From Candidatus Limnocylindrales bacterium (GTDB taxonomy: Bacteria > Chloroflexota > Limnocylindria > Limnocylindrales > CSP1-4), in contig JBKJQY010000021.1 in NCBI GenBank assembly GCA_046593725.1, forward strand, positions 12,179 through 76,178: a stretch of DNA of 64,000 nucleotides. Direction: 5' to 3'. The notes beneath the pieces are model-generated. The model did not search any database. It saw only the letters and a list, made by a program, of their open reading frames with translations, and was not told the DNA's origin. Below, piece after piece: positions 19,526 through 28,415 of the stretch. The position numbers and the translations under genes were made by a program. The stretch's first letter is position 1. Every line of letters starts with the position of its first letter.

Positions 19526-21823
19526 TCAGCCTGCCGGCCGCGCGTCGAACGCACGCAGTCGCAGCGAGTTCGTGACCACCGAGACGCTTGAGAGCGCCAT
19601 CGCACCGGCCGCCAGCACCGGCCCAAGGGTGACTCCGAACGTTGGATAGAGCACGCCCATCGCGACCGGGATCAGCACGATGTTGTAGCCGAACGCCCAG
19701 ACCAGATTCTGGCGGACGATACGCATCGTCGCGCGTGACAGGTCCACGGCCGCCGCGACGCCCCGTGGGTCGCCACCGATCAGCGTGATGTCCGAAGCCT
19801 CGATGGCGACGTCCGCCCCCGTCCCGATGGCGATCCCGACGTCCGCCTGGGCGAGTGCCGGCGCATCGTTGATGCCATCGCCGACCATCGCCACGATCCG
19901 GCCGCGGCCCTGCAGCCGCTCGACGATCGCCGCCTTGTCTTCCGGTCGGACGTCGGCGAGGACACGGTGTGCGGGGATCCCGACCTGGCGGGCGACAGCC
20001 TCGGCGGTCGCCCGGCCGTCGCCTGTGACCAGCCACGCCTCGATGCCGTCGGCGTCGAGGCGCTGCACCGCCGCCGCGCTCTCCGCCTTGACCGGGTCGC
20101 TGATGACGAACAAGCCCGCGGCGATGCCATCGATCGCGATGTAGGCAGCGGTCCGGCCCTCGGCGGCAGCGGCGTCCGACGCCTCCTGCAGCGCCGACAG
20201 GTCGACGCCGTGCTCGCGCAAGAGGCGAGCGCTGCCGACGAGGACCCCGTGCGATCCCGTCGCGGTCTCGACCCGACCCTCGACGCCACCGCCGACGATC
20301 GCCGCGAACGCCTCGACGCGCCCGAAGCCGAGCTCGTCTTGCAGGGCCCGCGACCGGATCGCCGCGCCGAGCGGATGTTCGCTCCCCTTCTCGATGGCTC
20401 CGGCGAGATCGAGGACATCCGGGATCGTGAACCCCGGTGCCGCATGGACCGAGCTCACGGTCGGACGACCGAGCGTCAGCGTGCCGGTCTTGTCGAGGAC
20501 GACGGCCGTGATGCGATGGGCCATCTCCAGGGCCTCGCCACCGCGGATGAGGATACCGGCCTCGGCGCCGCGGCCGGTCCCGACCATGATGGCCGTGGGC
20601 GTCGCCAGGCCCATCGCGCACGGACAGGCGATGACGACGACGGTGATGAAGGCGATCAGGGCGTTCGTGAGCTGCGGTTGCGGTCCGAGGGCGAGCCAGA
20701 GCGCGAACGCGAGGGCGGCCAGGCCGAAGACGATCGGGATGAAGACCGAGCTGACCTGGTCGGCGAGGCGCTGGATGGGGGCCTTGCTGCCCTGAGCGCG
20801 CTGGACCAGGTCCACGATCCGGGCGAGCGCGGTGTCGCGGCCGACCTTGGTGGCGCGCATGACGAACGTGCCGTTCGTGTTGAGGGTGGACCCGATGACG
20901 GCAGCGCCCGGGCCCTTCTCGACCGGGATCGGTTCGCCGGTCAGCATCGACTCGTCCACCGCTGAAGCCCCGGCCGTGATGACGCCGTCCACGGGGATCT
21001 TGTCGCCTGGCCGTACGCGCAGCAGGTCGCCGGGCTGGACCGCCTCGAGCGGGACGTCCGTCTCGACATCGCCGACCACGACGCGGGCGGATGTGGCCTG
21101 CAGCCCGATGAGCCGACGGATCGCACCGGTCGCCTGACCCTTGGCGCGAGCCTCCAGCCAGCGACCCAGCAGGACCAGGCCGATGATGAGCGCCGATGAG
21201 TCGAAGTAGGTCTCGGGCTCCCGGCCGGCCTCCATCGCGATCATCGGCCACAACGTGAGCACGACCGAATACGCCCACGCGGCCGTCGTGCCGGCGACGA
21301 CGAGCGTGTCCATGTTCGTGCTGCGGTGGCGAAGGGCGCGCGACGCGGCACGATAGAACCGGGCGCCCGCCCAGAACTGGATGACCGTGGCGGGCCCGAT
21401 GGCGATGAGGTTCCGCTGCTCCATGGTGAGCGGGATCCCGGGGGCGAACATCAGGACCATGATCCCGACCGCCACCACGATCGACGCCATCGCGCGAACG
21501 AGGAGGGCCCGCGTGGCACGCGCCTTCTCGAGGTCCTCCTCGGACAGCTCCTCGACGAGACTGACCGGCGCGTCATCCGGGCCGGGGGAGGTTCTTGTCC
21601 GCACGTCGTATCCAGCGGCCTCGATCGCACCGACCAGCTCGGTCCGCCCGGTCACGTCCGGCAGGTATCGGATCGTCGCGACCTCCGTCGCGAGATTGAC
21701 CGTGGCCGACTCCACGCCCGGCGTTTTCGTGAGGAACCGCTCGATGCGGTTCACGCAGGACGCACAGGTCATGCCCTCCACGGGCAGGGCGACCTCGACG
21801 CTGGCGGTTGGAGTGTCATTCAT
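19526..21823 (-). CDS. copA: copper-translocating P1B-type ATPase
   Basis: ORF 19526..22465. Start ATG 21823 gives [31 protein letters not shown] (HMA domain). CPC ([11 protein letters not shown]), [17 protein letters not shown]. 765 aa. Confidence 0.9.
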   Translation of the reverse strand: MNDTPTASVEVALPVEGMTCASCVNRIERFLTKTPGVESATVNLATEVATIRYLPDVTGRTELVGAIEAAGYDVRTRTSPGPDDAPVSLVEELSEEDLEKARATRALLVRAMASIVVAVGIMVLMFAPGIPLTMEQRNLIAIGPATVIQFWAGARFYRAASRALRHRSTNMDTLVVAGTTAAWAYSVVLTLWPMIAMEAGREPETYFDSSALIIGLVLLGRWLEARAKGQATGAIRRLIGLQATSARVVVGDVETDVPLEAVQPGDLLRVRPGDKIPVDGVITAGASAVDESMLTGEPIPVEKGPGAAVIGSTLNTNGTFVMRATKVGRDTALARIVDLVQRAQGSKAPIQRLADQVSSVFIPIVFGLAALAFALWLALGPQPQLTNALIAFITVVVIACPCAMGLATPTAIMVGTGRGAEAGILIRGGEALEMAHRITAVVLDKTGTLTLGRPTVSSVHAAPGFTIPDVLDLAGAIEKGSEHPLGAAIRSRALQDELGFGRVEAFAAIVGGGVEGRVETATGSHGVLVGSARLLREHGVDLSALQEASDAAAAEGRTAAYIAIDGIAAGLFVISDPVKAESAAAVQRLDADGIEAWLVTGDGRATAEAVARQVGIPAHRVLADVRPEDKAAIVERLQGRGRIVAMVGDGINDAPALAQADVGIAIGTGADVAIEASDITLIGGDPRGVAAAVDLSRATMRIVRQNLVWAFGYNIVLIPVAMGVLYPTFGVTLGPVLAAGAMALSSVSVVTNSLRLRAFDARPAG

Positions 21824-21838
21824 ACTCCCTGGGAGTAT
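21822..21838. promoter_or_regulatory. perfect 8-1-8 dyad ATACTCCC-T-GGGAGTAT overlapping the copA start codon and a TATACT -10 hexamer; candidate metal-repressor operator
   Basis: Read directly. Minus strand reads gaTATACTCCCAGGGAGTATGaat. A near-copy sits before the YHS gene at 56152..56168. Confidence 0.5.
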
Positions 21839-21859
21839 ATCACTCGCTAGGATGGCTCG

Positions 21860-22429
21860 GTGAGCGCACCCGTCGCGTGGACCGCGAGCCTGCCTGGGCC
21901 GTGGGGCCCGATCCACCTGGCCGTTTCCACCCATGGCGTCGTCGCTGTGGCCTGGCTCACGACGATGCACGACCTCCAGGCCACGGTCATCGCCAGGCAG
22001 CACGGTACGGTCGTTGCGCTGCGCGACGACCACGGCGGGCCACAGGCCGCCCGGATGTCCGTCGCGATCGAGGCCATCGAGGCCGTGCTCTTCGGCGTCC
22101 CCCACGAACCGATCCTGGTCGACCTCCGCGATCGGCCGGACTGGGACCGGCTGGTTTTGGGCGAGGTCGCCCGCATCCCGCTCGGTGCCACGGCGAGCTA
22201 CGGCGAGATCGCGCGTCGGATCGGACGACCCGGAGCGGCGCGCGCGGTGGGTGGCGCGGTCGGTCGCAACCCCGTGACGCTGCTGATCCCCTGCCACCGG
22301 GTCATCGCCGGCGACGGCACGCTGGGTGGTTATGGCGGCGACGACTGGGGCGGCCGGGAAGAACGGCTCGCGATCAAGCGCGACCTGCTCGTGCGTGAAG
22401 GCGTCACGGTCCGCCCGACGCCGGGCTAG
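21860..22429 (+). CDS. ogt: methylated-DNA-protein-cysteine methyltransferase
   Basis: 189-aa ORF; active-site IPCHRVI and upstream [20 protein letters not shown]. Confidence 0.85.
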   Translation: MSAPVAWTASLPGPWGPIHLAVSTHGVVAVAWLTTMHDLQATVIARQHGTVVALRDDHGGPQAARMSVAIEAIEAVLFGVPHEPILVDLRDRPDWDRLVLGEVARIPLGATASYGEIARRIGRPGAARAVGGAVGRNPVTLLIPCHRVIAGDGTLGGYGGDDWGGREERLAIKRDLLVREGVTVRPTPG

Positions 22430-22518
22430 ACTCGGCGCCAAGCGTGGGGGCGCCCACCGGTCCAACCGCTCGGAGGCTCGATTTGACCGTCGCGACCGCG
22501 GCCGCCCCAGCTCCGTCC

Positions 22519-24291
22519 ATGTTCTCGATCTTCCGCAAGCGCGACTTCAGCCTGTTGTGGCTCGCCCAGCTGGTCTCGACCGCGGGTTCAGCCCTGACAG
22601 ACCTCGCGGCCGGCATCTACGTCTGGCGCGCGACCGGGTCGGCTCTGGCGGTCGGCCTCACCCTGATGGCCACGGCCGTCCCCAGCCTGATCGTGGGCCT
22701 CCTGGCCGGTGTCTACGTGGACCGCCACGACCGCAAGAAGATCATGATCGCGACCTGCCTGATCCAGGCCGTGACGGTCGGACTCATCTCCGTGGTGATC
22801 GGCATCGAATCGATCGCCCTGGTGGGGCTGTACGCCTTGCTGCTGTTCAATGCGGGCATCAAGCAGTTCTTCGACCCGGCCCACGACAGCCTCATCCCCG
22901 AGGTCGCGACGGACGACGAGCTCACCGCAGCCAACTCCTTCCTGTCGATCGCCTCGTTCGGCTCGACTGCGATCGGGTTCGCCGCGGCCGGTCTGCTTGC
23001 GGGCACGGCCGGGCTGCAATGGGCGTTCATCATCGACGCGGCGACCTTCGTCTTCGCCGCAGGCTGCATCGCCCTGATGGGCCGCTACGAGATGCCGGTC
23101 CCGGACGAGGACGCCAGCGTGAGCGTCATCGTTGCGAATCTCAAGTCCGGCATGGCGACGCTGTTCGGGACCCCGATCATCCGGTCGCTGTTCATCGTCG
23201 GATCGTTCATGTTCTTCGCGTTCGGGCTCTGGAATGTCCTCCTGCTTCCATTCACCCTCGAGGTCCTGGATGCCACGGAATTCCAGTACGGGCTGCAGGA
23301 GGGCTTGACGTCCGTGGCCTTCGTGGCCGGCTCGTTCTTCATGGCCCGCTTCTCCGGTCGACTGCCGGAGCCGGTCTGGATCTTCATCGCCATGGTTGGC
23401 ATGGGCGTGAGCGGCATCCTGTACGCCCTGTCGACCCACATCGGGGTCGCCATCAGCCTCGTCATGGTGTCCGGCTTCTTCAATTCACCGGCATCCGTGT
23501 CGCGAGCCGTCCTCCTCCAGCGCAATACCCCGCGCGAGATGCGGGGGCGCGTCTTCTCCTCGTTCGCCGTGATGCGCGACATCGTGTTCCTGTTCGGGAT
23601 GGCTGGTGCGGGACTCGCCGATGTCATCGACATCCGCGTCCTGATCATCTTCGCCTCATGCCTCCTGTTCGTGTCGGCCGCGTTCGTACTCGTGGCCCCG
23701 GGTCTCGGCTATGCCACCTGGCGTGGAGCGTCGGAGCGGCTTCGCGGTGCCGTGGGGGCCGCCGTGCTGGGCGCCATCCCGGTGCGACCGGCATCGATGT
23801 CGGACTTCGATCGACTGGCGGGCCGCCTCGTCACCTTCGGCAGGCTGTCGGCGGATCAACGTGCCGCGTTCATCAAGGACGCCACCGTCCAGGACATCCC
23901 GCAGGGGACCCGGATCCTGGAGCACGGCGAAGCCTCCACGGCCGCCTATTTCGTCCTGGACGGGACGCTCACAGCGGGTGTCCCCACCGAGACCGGGTTC
24001 CGCGGCTTCTCGACCATGGGAGCCGGCGACTTCTTCGGTGAGATCGGCGCGCTGACCGGTAGTCCGCGAACGGCGGACGTGGTCGCCGACACGGACATCG
24101 AACTCATGCAGGTCCCGGCAGAGGCGCTGCGAGCCACGATGGTCGTGCCCGAGGTCCAGCGGCTCATCCTTTCGACGCTCAGCAGCCGACTCCAGCGCAC
24201 CGAGTCCGCGGACCTGCCACGCCTGGCTGGCCTGGACCAGGCCGATCTCCGCGATCTGCGCACACCGCGCCCGAGCGTCGAGCCGAACTAG
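22519..24291 (+). CDS. MFS transporter fused to a C-terminal cyclic-nucleotide-binding domain
   Basis: ORF 22444..24291. Start ATG 22519 ([24 protein letters not shown]). About 12 hydrophobic segments, then a CAP_ED-like [19 protein letters not shown]. Confidence 0.8.
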   Translation: MFSIFRKRDFSLLWLAQLVSTAGSALTDLAAGIYVWRATGSALAVGLTLMATAVPSLIVGLLAGVYVDRHDRKKIMIATCLIQAVTVGLISVVIGIESIALVGLYALLLFNAGIKQFFDPAHDSLIPEVATDDELTAANSFLSIASFGSTAIGFAAAGLLAGTAGLQWAFIIDAATFVFAAGCIALMGRYEMPVPDEDASVSVIVANLKSGMATLFGTPIIRSLFIVGSFMFFAFGLWNVLLLPFTLEVLDATEFQYGLQEGLTSVAFVAGSFFMARFSGRLPEPVWIFIAMVGMGVSGILYALSTHIGVAISLVMVSGFFNSPASVSRAVLLQRNTPREMRGRVFSSFAVMRDIVFLFGMAGAGLADVIDIRVLIIFASCLLFVSAAFVLVAPGLGYATWRGASERLRGAVGAAVLGAIPVRPASMSDFDRLAGRLVTFGRLSADQRAAFIKDATVQDIPQGTRILEHGEASTAAYFVLDGTLTAGVPTETGFRGFSTMGAGDFFGEIGALTGSPRTADVVADTDIELMQVPAEALRATMVVPEVQRLILSTLSSRLQRTESADLPRLAGLDQADLRDLRTPRPSVEPN

Positions 24292-24352
24292 GCTGTGATA
24301 CCCGGACGCGTTGTCGACCTCGTCGCGGACCTCGTCGCGGGACTTCGCCGCT

Positions 24353-24513
24353 GGACCGCCCTGCGGTCCTGTGAGGACCGAGATCTGCACGAGTTACTCG
24401 TGAGGCGTGACGATATCGACGTTGGCCGTCGGATCCAGCCGGTGGCCATGCAGGTTCGTCACGATCGCGGTCCCGCCAGGACCGGAGCGGGACCACGTCG
24501 CGCGCGACAGCCG
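24353..24513 (-). repeat. copy 1 of a duplicated ~150-nt element (decayed small ORF or structured RNA)
   Basis: Ungapped hand alignment to 41279..41444: 116/145 identical. The minus frame is shared with copy 2 but has an in-frame TAA and no canonical start. Confidence 0.6.
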
Positions 24514-24539
24514 ACCCGGGCCAGGTCGACCGGCGAGGT

Positions 24540-25208
24540 TCAGGGGCGGGGTGCGGGCCGCATCGGATAGACGCCGACGACGATCGGCGCGCGCGGGTCG
24601 AGCGACAACTCGTAGCCGATCTCGCCCGCCCGCAGGAGTTCACCCAGCAGGCCGCCCTCTCGTGCCGGGAGGCCCACAAAGATCCAGTGTCGCTCGATGT
24701 GGACGGGCGTCACGTCATCGTCGCCGCCCTCGATGGCGAAGCGGCGGCGCAGCTCGTGCATGGGCACATATGGGCGGCTCTTGATGAAGCGACGAAGCTG
24801 CGGGGCCGTGGCTTGACTCGGCGCGATGGGAGGCATCTGCCCCATCTGGGGCGGGCGCGGTGGCTCGTGAGCCTCGATCGGTGCATGACCGGGAGTCGGG
24901 GCCACGAAGGCGGCCGGGCCGTCCGCCGGAACGGTCGGAGCCTCGGCGCGAACGGGCGGTTCGGCGGTCGGAGCGGCCGGGCCGTCCGCCGGAGCGGGCG
25001 GTTCTGAGTCGGCAGTCGGCTCGGGCGATTCGGGCGGTTCGGGAGCGACGGCCGTCAACGCCGGGGGCGAGGCGGGCGGGAGCCTGTTCGCCCCCTGAGC
25101 GTCATGCGCGGGCTCGACGGCGCGGGGTCCCGGCGTACCGGTCGCTGTCTGCGCGCCGGGCGTCGCTCGGTCGTGGTGGCGCGGGCGGCCGTGGTGGCGA
25201 CGGCTCAT
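24540..25208 (-). CDS. hypothetical protein, Pro/Ala-rich N-terminal half plus compact C-terminal domain
   Basis: 222-aa ORF. C-terminal part (LRRFIKSRPYVPMHELRRRFAIEGGDDDVTPVHIERHWIFVGLPAREGG…) is non-repetitive. Family not recognised. Confidence 0.5.
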   Translation of the reverse strand: MSRRHHGRPRHHDRATPGAQTATGTPGPRAVEPAHDAQGANRLPPASPPALTAVAPEPPESPEPTADSEPPAPADGPAAPTAEPPVRAEAPTVPADGPAAFVAPTPGHAPIEAHEPPRPPQMGQMPPIAPSQATAPQLRRFIKSRPYVPMHELRRRFAIEGGDDDVTPVHIERHWIFVGLPAREGGLLGELLRAGEIGYELSLDPRAPIVVGVYPMRPAPRP

Positions 25209-25314
25209 CGAATGGCGACGGCGCTGAGCCGTCGGAGTGTGGTGGGCATCAGGTCTCGAAGGGTTCGGTCACGCACTCCGGCGTGGGATCGGCCGATGAT
25301 ACCGGCCATCGGGC

Positions 25315-26484
25315 TCAACCGTCGACGACGTAGAGCTCGCGCGGCGCCTCGTTCATCGCGACCGGGCCGTCTGGGCCGCACACGACGATGTCCTCGATCC
25401 GCGCGCCATACCGTCCGACGAGGTAGATCCCAGGCTCGACCGAGAAGGCCATGCCGGGTCGGAGTGGCTCCGTGTTGCCCGCGATGATGTACGGATCCTC
25501 GTGCGCCTCCAGCCCGATCCCGTGCCCTGTCCGGTGGAAGAATGCCTCGCCGTAGCCCTCGTCATCGATGACGGTCCGGGCGGCGGCATCGACGGCCTCG
25601 CAGGTCACGCCCGGCCGGACCGCGCGGGTTGCAGCCGCCTGCGCCGTGTGCAGGACACCGAACAGATGGCGGAACGCCTCATCGGGTCCCTTGGTAGCGT
25701 CGCCGCCGGTGACCCACAGCGTTCGCGTGATGTCGGATCCGTAGCCGGACAGCCTGCCCCCGATGTCGAGGACGATCGGCTCACCGGCCTGGATGACGCG
25801 CTCAGACGCGTCGTGGTGTGGCGAGGCGGAGTTCGGCCCCGAACCGACGATCGCGAACGACGCATCCTCGTGCCCCTCGGCGAGAAGGCGCTCCTGGACC
25901 TCGCGCGCCACGTCGGCCTCGGTTCGGCCGACCAGCCGACCTGCCGCGATCTGCGCAACGACCCGATCCGCTGCGTGGGCCGCCAGTCGCAGCAGCTCGA
26001 TCTCATCGGGGTCCTTGATCATGCGCAGCTCCCGCAGGACGCTCGAAGCGACGCGGACGTCCGCAGACGAGAACCGCGAATCGGCGCCCAGTGCGGCCTG
26101 CAGCTCCAACAGGTGGCTCGCCCACAGCGTGTCGGAAACGGCGACCCGGGCCACGCCGCCCGGACCGTCGTCGATCCGATCGACGACCAGGCGGTACGGG
26201 TCCGCACCCTCGTCGAAGGTCAGCACCTCCACGTCGCCGTGGACGCCGGCCTCCGCCGCGGCGCGCTCGAGTCGCGGCACGACGATCGCGGCGCCCCGCG
26301 ACGACAGGACGAGCATCGTGAGTCGCTCCAGGGGCATCGCCAGGTAGCCGGTCAGGTAGCGAAGGTCCGGCCCGACACCCACCAGCAGGGCGTCCAGGCC
26401 GTGAGCTCGCGTCGCGGCCAAGGCTCGCTCCAGACGCCCGGCGTGATGCGCGGTCGTGATCACGGGTCGAACGGGGGCACTCAC
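25315..26484 (-). CDS. M24-family Xaa-Pro aminopeptidase/dipeptidase
   Basis: 389-aa ORF; pita-bread metal ligand context DIGGRLSGYGSDITRT, HRTGHGIGLEAHE, EPG. GTGA overlap with the upstream receiver gene. Confidence 0.85.
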   Translation of the reverse strand: MSAPVRPVITTAHHAGRLERALAATRAHGLDALLVGVGPDLRYLTGYLAMPLERLTMLVLSSRGAAIVVPRLERAAAEAGVHGDVEVLTFDEGADPYRLVVDRIDDGPGGVARVAVSDTLWASHLLELQAALGADSRFSSADVRVASSVLRELRMIKDPDEIELLRLAAHAADRVVAQIAAGRLVGRTEADVAREVQERLLAEGHEDASFAIVGSGPNSASPHHDASERVIQAGEPIVLDIGGRLSGYGSDITRTLWVTGGDATKGPDEAFRHLFGVLHTAQAAATRAVRPGVTCEAVDAAARTVIDDEGYGEAFFHRTGHGIGLEAHEDPYIIAGNTEPLRPGMAFSVEPGIYLVGRYGARIEDIVVCGPDGPVAMNEAPRELYVVDG

Positions 26485-26843
26485 GCGGGCGTCTCCTTGG
26501 CGATCCAGGCGGACAGGGTGGCGGGACCATCCTCGAACAGCTTGCGGTAGGCGTACACGCGCGTGGCGCCGGCGGCCAAGGCTCGCTTGCGCAGGTCGTG
26601 ATCGTCATGCTGGCCGACCGCGAGGACCGGGTGGGCCGCCGCGGCCACCTGGATGGCCGCCACGCCGTCGTAGGCGCGGGCGGTCAGGTCCACGATGACG
26701 AGGTCCACGTCAGGCAGGAGCGTCTCCAGGCCGGCTGCGGATCTCGCAGGAGATGCAGTCGCCCCTGCCGCGCGAACGACGTCCGCCAGGCGGGTCGCCC
26801 AGATCAGGTCGTCGGCCAGGATCGCGACGCGCGCGGGAATCAG
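26481..26843 (-). CDS. stand-alone receiver (REC) domain protein, non-canonical start
   Basis: ORF track gives only 26481..26708 (MDLVIVDL…). Hand translation upstream in the same frame gives (L)IPARVAILADDLIWATRLADVVRAAGATASPARSAAGLETLLPDVDLVIVDL, the missing beta1-alpha2 of a REC fold. Only CTG 26843 or ATT 26840 are available as starts, 6-9 nt after GAGGG. Confidence 0.6.
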   Translation of the reverse strand: MIPARVAILADDLIWATRLADVVRAAGATASPARSAAGLETLLPDVDLVIVDLTARAYDGVAAIQVAAAAHPVLAVGQHDDHDLRKRALAAGATRVYAYRKLFEDGPATLSAWIAKETPA

Positions 26844-27340
26844 TCGAAACCCTCGGCCAGGTGGTGGAAGACGTCGCGGGCGGTGACCACGCCCGTCGGG
26901 CGGCCGTCCTCCAGGATGGGGATGTGGCGGAACCCGCCGACGGCCATCTTGTGGATGGCCACGGCGATCGGGTCGTCGTGGCGGAGTACGACCGGATCCG
27001 GGGTCATGAACTCGCGAACGCGGTGCGCCTCGAGCGGCAGTCCGGCGGCCTTCACCACGGCATCACGGTCGGTGAAGATGCCCACGAGCTTGTCGCCTGC
27101 CATGACCAGGACGCAGTCCGCCTCGGCGGCGTGCATCGCGGCCACCGCGACGTCCATCGTCGTGTCAGGGCTCACGAGGATGGGCGCCGGAGCGCCCAAT
27201 TCGTCGAGGTGTTCGCCCAGGAGCGTGGAATGGAACGTGATGGCCGGCTGCGGCAGGTCGTGCCCGGCAAGGTCTGCGCCGCAGTTGTCGCAGACCTCCG
27301 TCCCGATCAGGTTGTCGAAGCCACACGCAGGGCAGTGCAT
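26840..27340 (-). CDS. zinc-ribbon plus CBS-pair protein
   Basis: 166-aa ORF; MHCPACGFDNLIGTEVCDNCG, then two CBS motifs (…VGIFTDRDAV…, …TGVVTARDVF…). GGGAGG 5 nt before the ATG, 15 nt after korB. Confidence 0.75.
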   Translation of the reverse strand: MHCPACGFDNLIGTEVCDNCGADLAGHDLPQPAITFHSTLLGEHLDELGAPAPILVSPDTTMDVAVAAMHAAEADCVLVMAGDKLVGIFTDRDAVVKAAGLPLEAHRVREFMTPDPVVLRHDDPIAVAIHKMAVGGFRHIPILEDGRPTGVVTARDVFHHLAEGFD

Positions 27341-27355
27341 CGGACCTCCCGCTCC

Positions 27356-28411
27356 CTACTCGACCGTCCAGGTCTCGCGGCCGCGAAGGACCCGGACCAG
27401 GTCGCCCTCGCCGCTCTTTGCGATGGCCGTTGCGATCTGCTCCTCGATGAGCTGGTCGTGAGTCGGCCGCGGGACCGCGCGCAGGACACCGACCGGGACC
27501 GGGAAGTCCGGCCAGAACATGCGCGACAGCATCAGCGCCAGGTATGGATCCTCGGCGCGCTCGTCGTGGACCAGCAGGTCCGCTTCGGTGACGCCGTCCT
27601 CGCCGATCGTGACGACCTCCGGATGGAGCCCGCGCAGGCGGATCCCGCGGTCCCGATCCTTGCCGAAGATCATCGGCTTGCCGTGCTCCAGGACGAGCAT
27701 CCGATCCTCGCGGACTTCGCGGTCGGTGAAGTCGCGCCAGGCGCCGTCGTTGAAGATGTTGCAGTTCTGCAGGACCTCCACGAACGAACTGCCCTTGTGC
27801 CGGCCGGCTCGCTCCAGCGTCCCTTGCAGGTGCTCCGTGTGGGTGTCGACGGACCTTGCCACGAAGCTCGCCTCGGCGGCAAGGGCGATGGTCAGCGGCA
27901 TGATCGGCGTATCGACCGACCCCAGCGGCGTCGACTTGGTCTTCTTACCGAACTCCGACGTGGGCGAGGCCTGGCCCTTGGTCAACCCGTAGATCCGGTT
28001 GTTGAACATGATCAGGTTGATATCGACGTTGCGGCGCATCGAGTGGATGACGTGGTTCCCGCCGATCGACAGGGCGTCGCCGTCCCCTGTGATGACCCAG
28101 ACCATCAGGTCGGGTCGGGCCGCCTTGAGCCCGGTCGCCAGCGTCGGGGCGCGGCCGTGGATCGTGTGGAAGCCGTACGTGTTCATGTAGTAGGGCAGCC
28201 GGCCGGAGCAACCGATGCCGGAGATGAACACGATGTTCTCGCGGGCGTACCCAAAGTCCGGCATGACCTTCTGGGTCTGGGCCAGGATCGAGTAATCGCC
28301 GCAACCCGGGCACCAGCGAACCTCCTGGTCGGACACGAAGTCCTTGCGGGTCAGCTGGATGACGGCCGCGTTCTCCGGGCTGAGCGGTGGCTGGACGAGG
28401 GGGTCGGTCAT
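27356..28411 (-). CDS. korB: 2-oxoglutarate/2-oxoacid:ferredoxin oxidoreductase beta subunit
   Basis: 351-aa ORF; WCPGCGDYSIL and ThDP-binding GDGDALSIGGNH. Confidence 0.9.
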   Translation of the reverse strand: MTDPLVQPPLSPENAAVIQLTRKDFVSDQEVRWCPGCGDYSILAQTQKVMPDFGYARENIVFISGIGCSGRLPYYMNTYGFHTIHGRAPTLATGLKAARPDLMVWVITGDGDALSIGGNHVIHSMRRNVDINLIMFNNRIYGLTKGQASPTSEFGKKTKSTPLGSVDTPIMPLTIALAAEASFVARSVDTHTEHLQGTLERAGRHKGSSFVEVLQNCNIFNDGAWRDFTDREVREDRMLVLEHGKPMIFGKDRDRGIRLRGLHPEVVTIGEDGVTEADLLVHDERAEDPYLALMLSRMFWPDFPVPVGVLRAVPRPTHDQLIEEQIATAIAKSGEGDLVRVLRGRETWTVE

Positions 28412-28415
28412 CGGG

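Noticed and set aside
19503-21278. Long alternative-frame ORFs inside copA (19503..21278 -, 19780..20445 -, 19967..20965 +).
   Set aside because: They are Arg/Gly/Pro-rich with no motifs. The copA frame carries every P-type ATPase signature.
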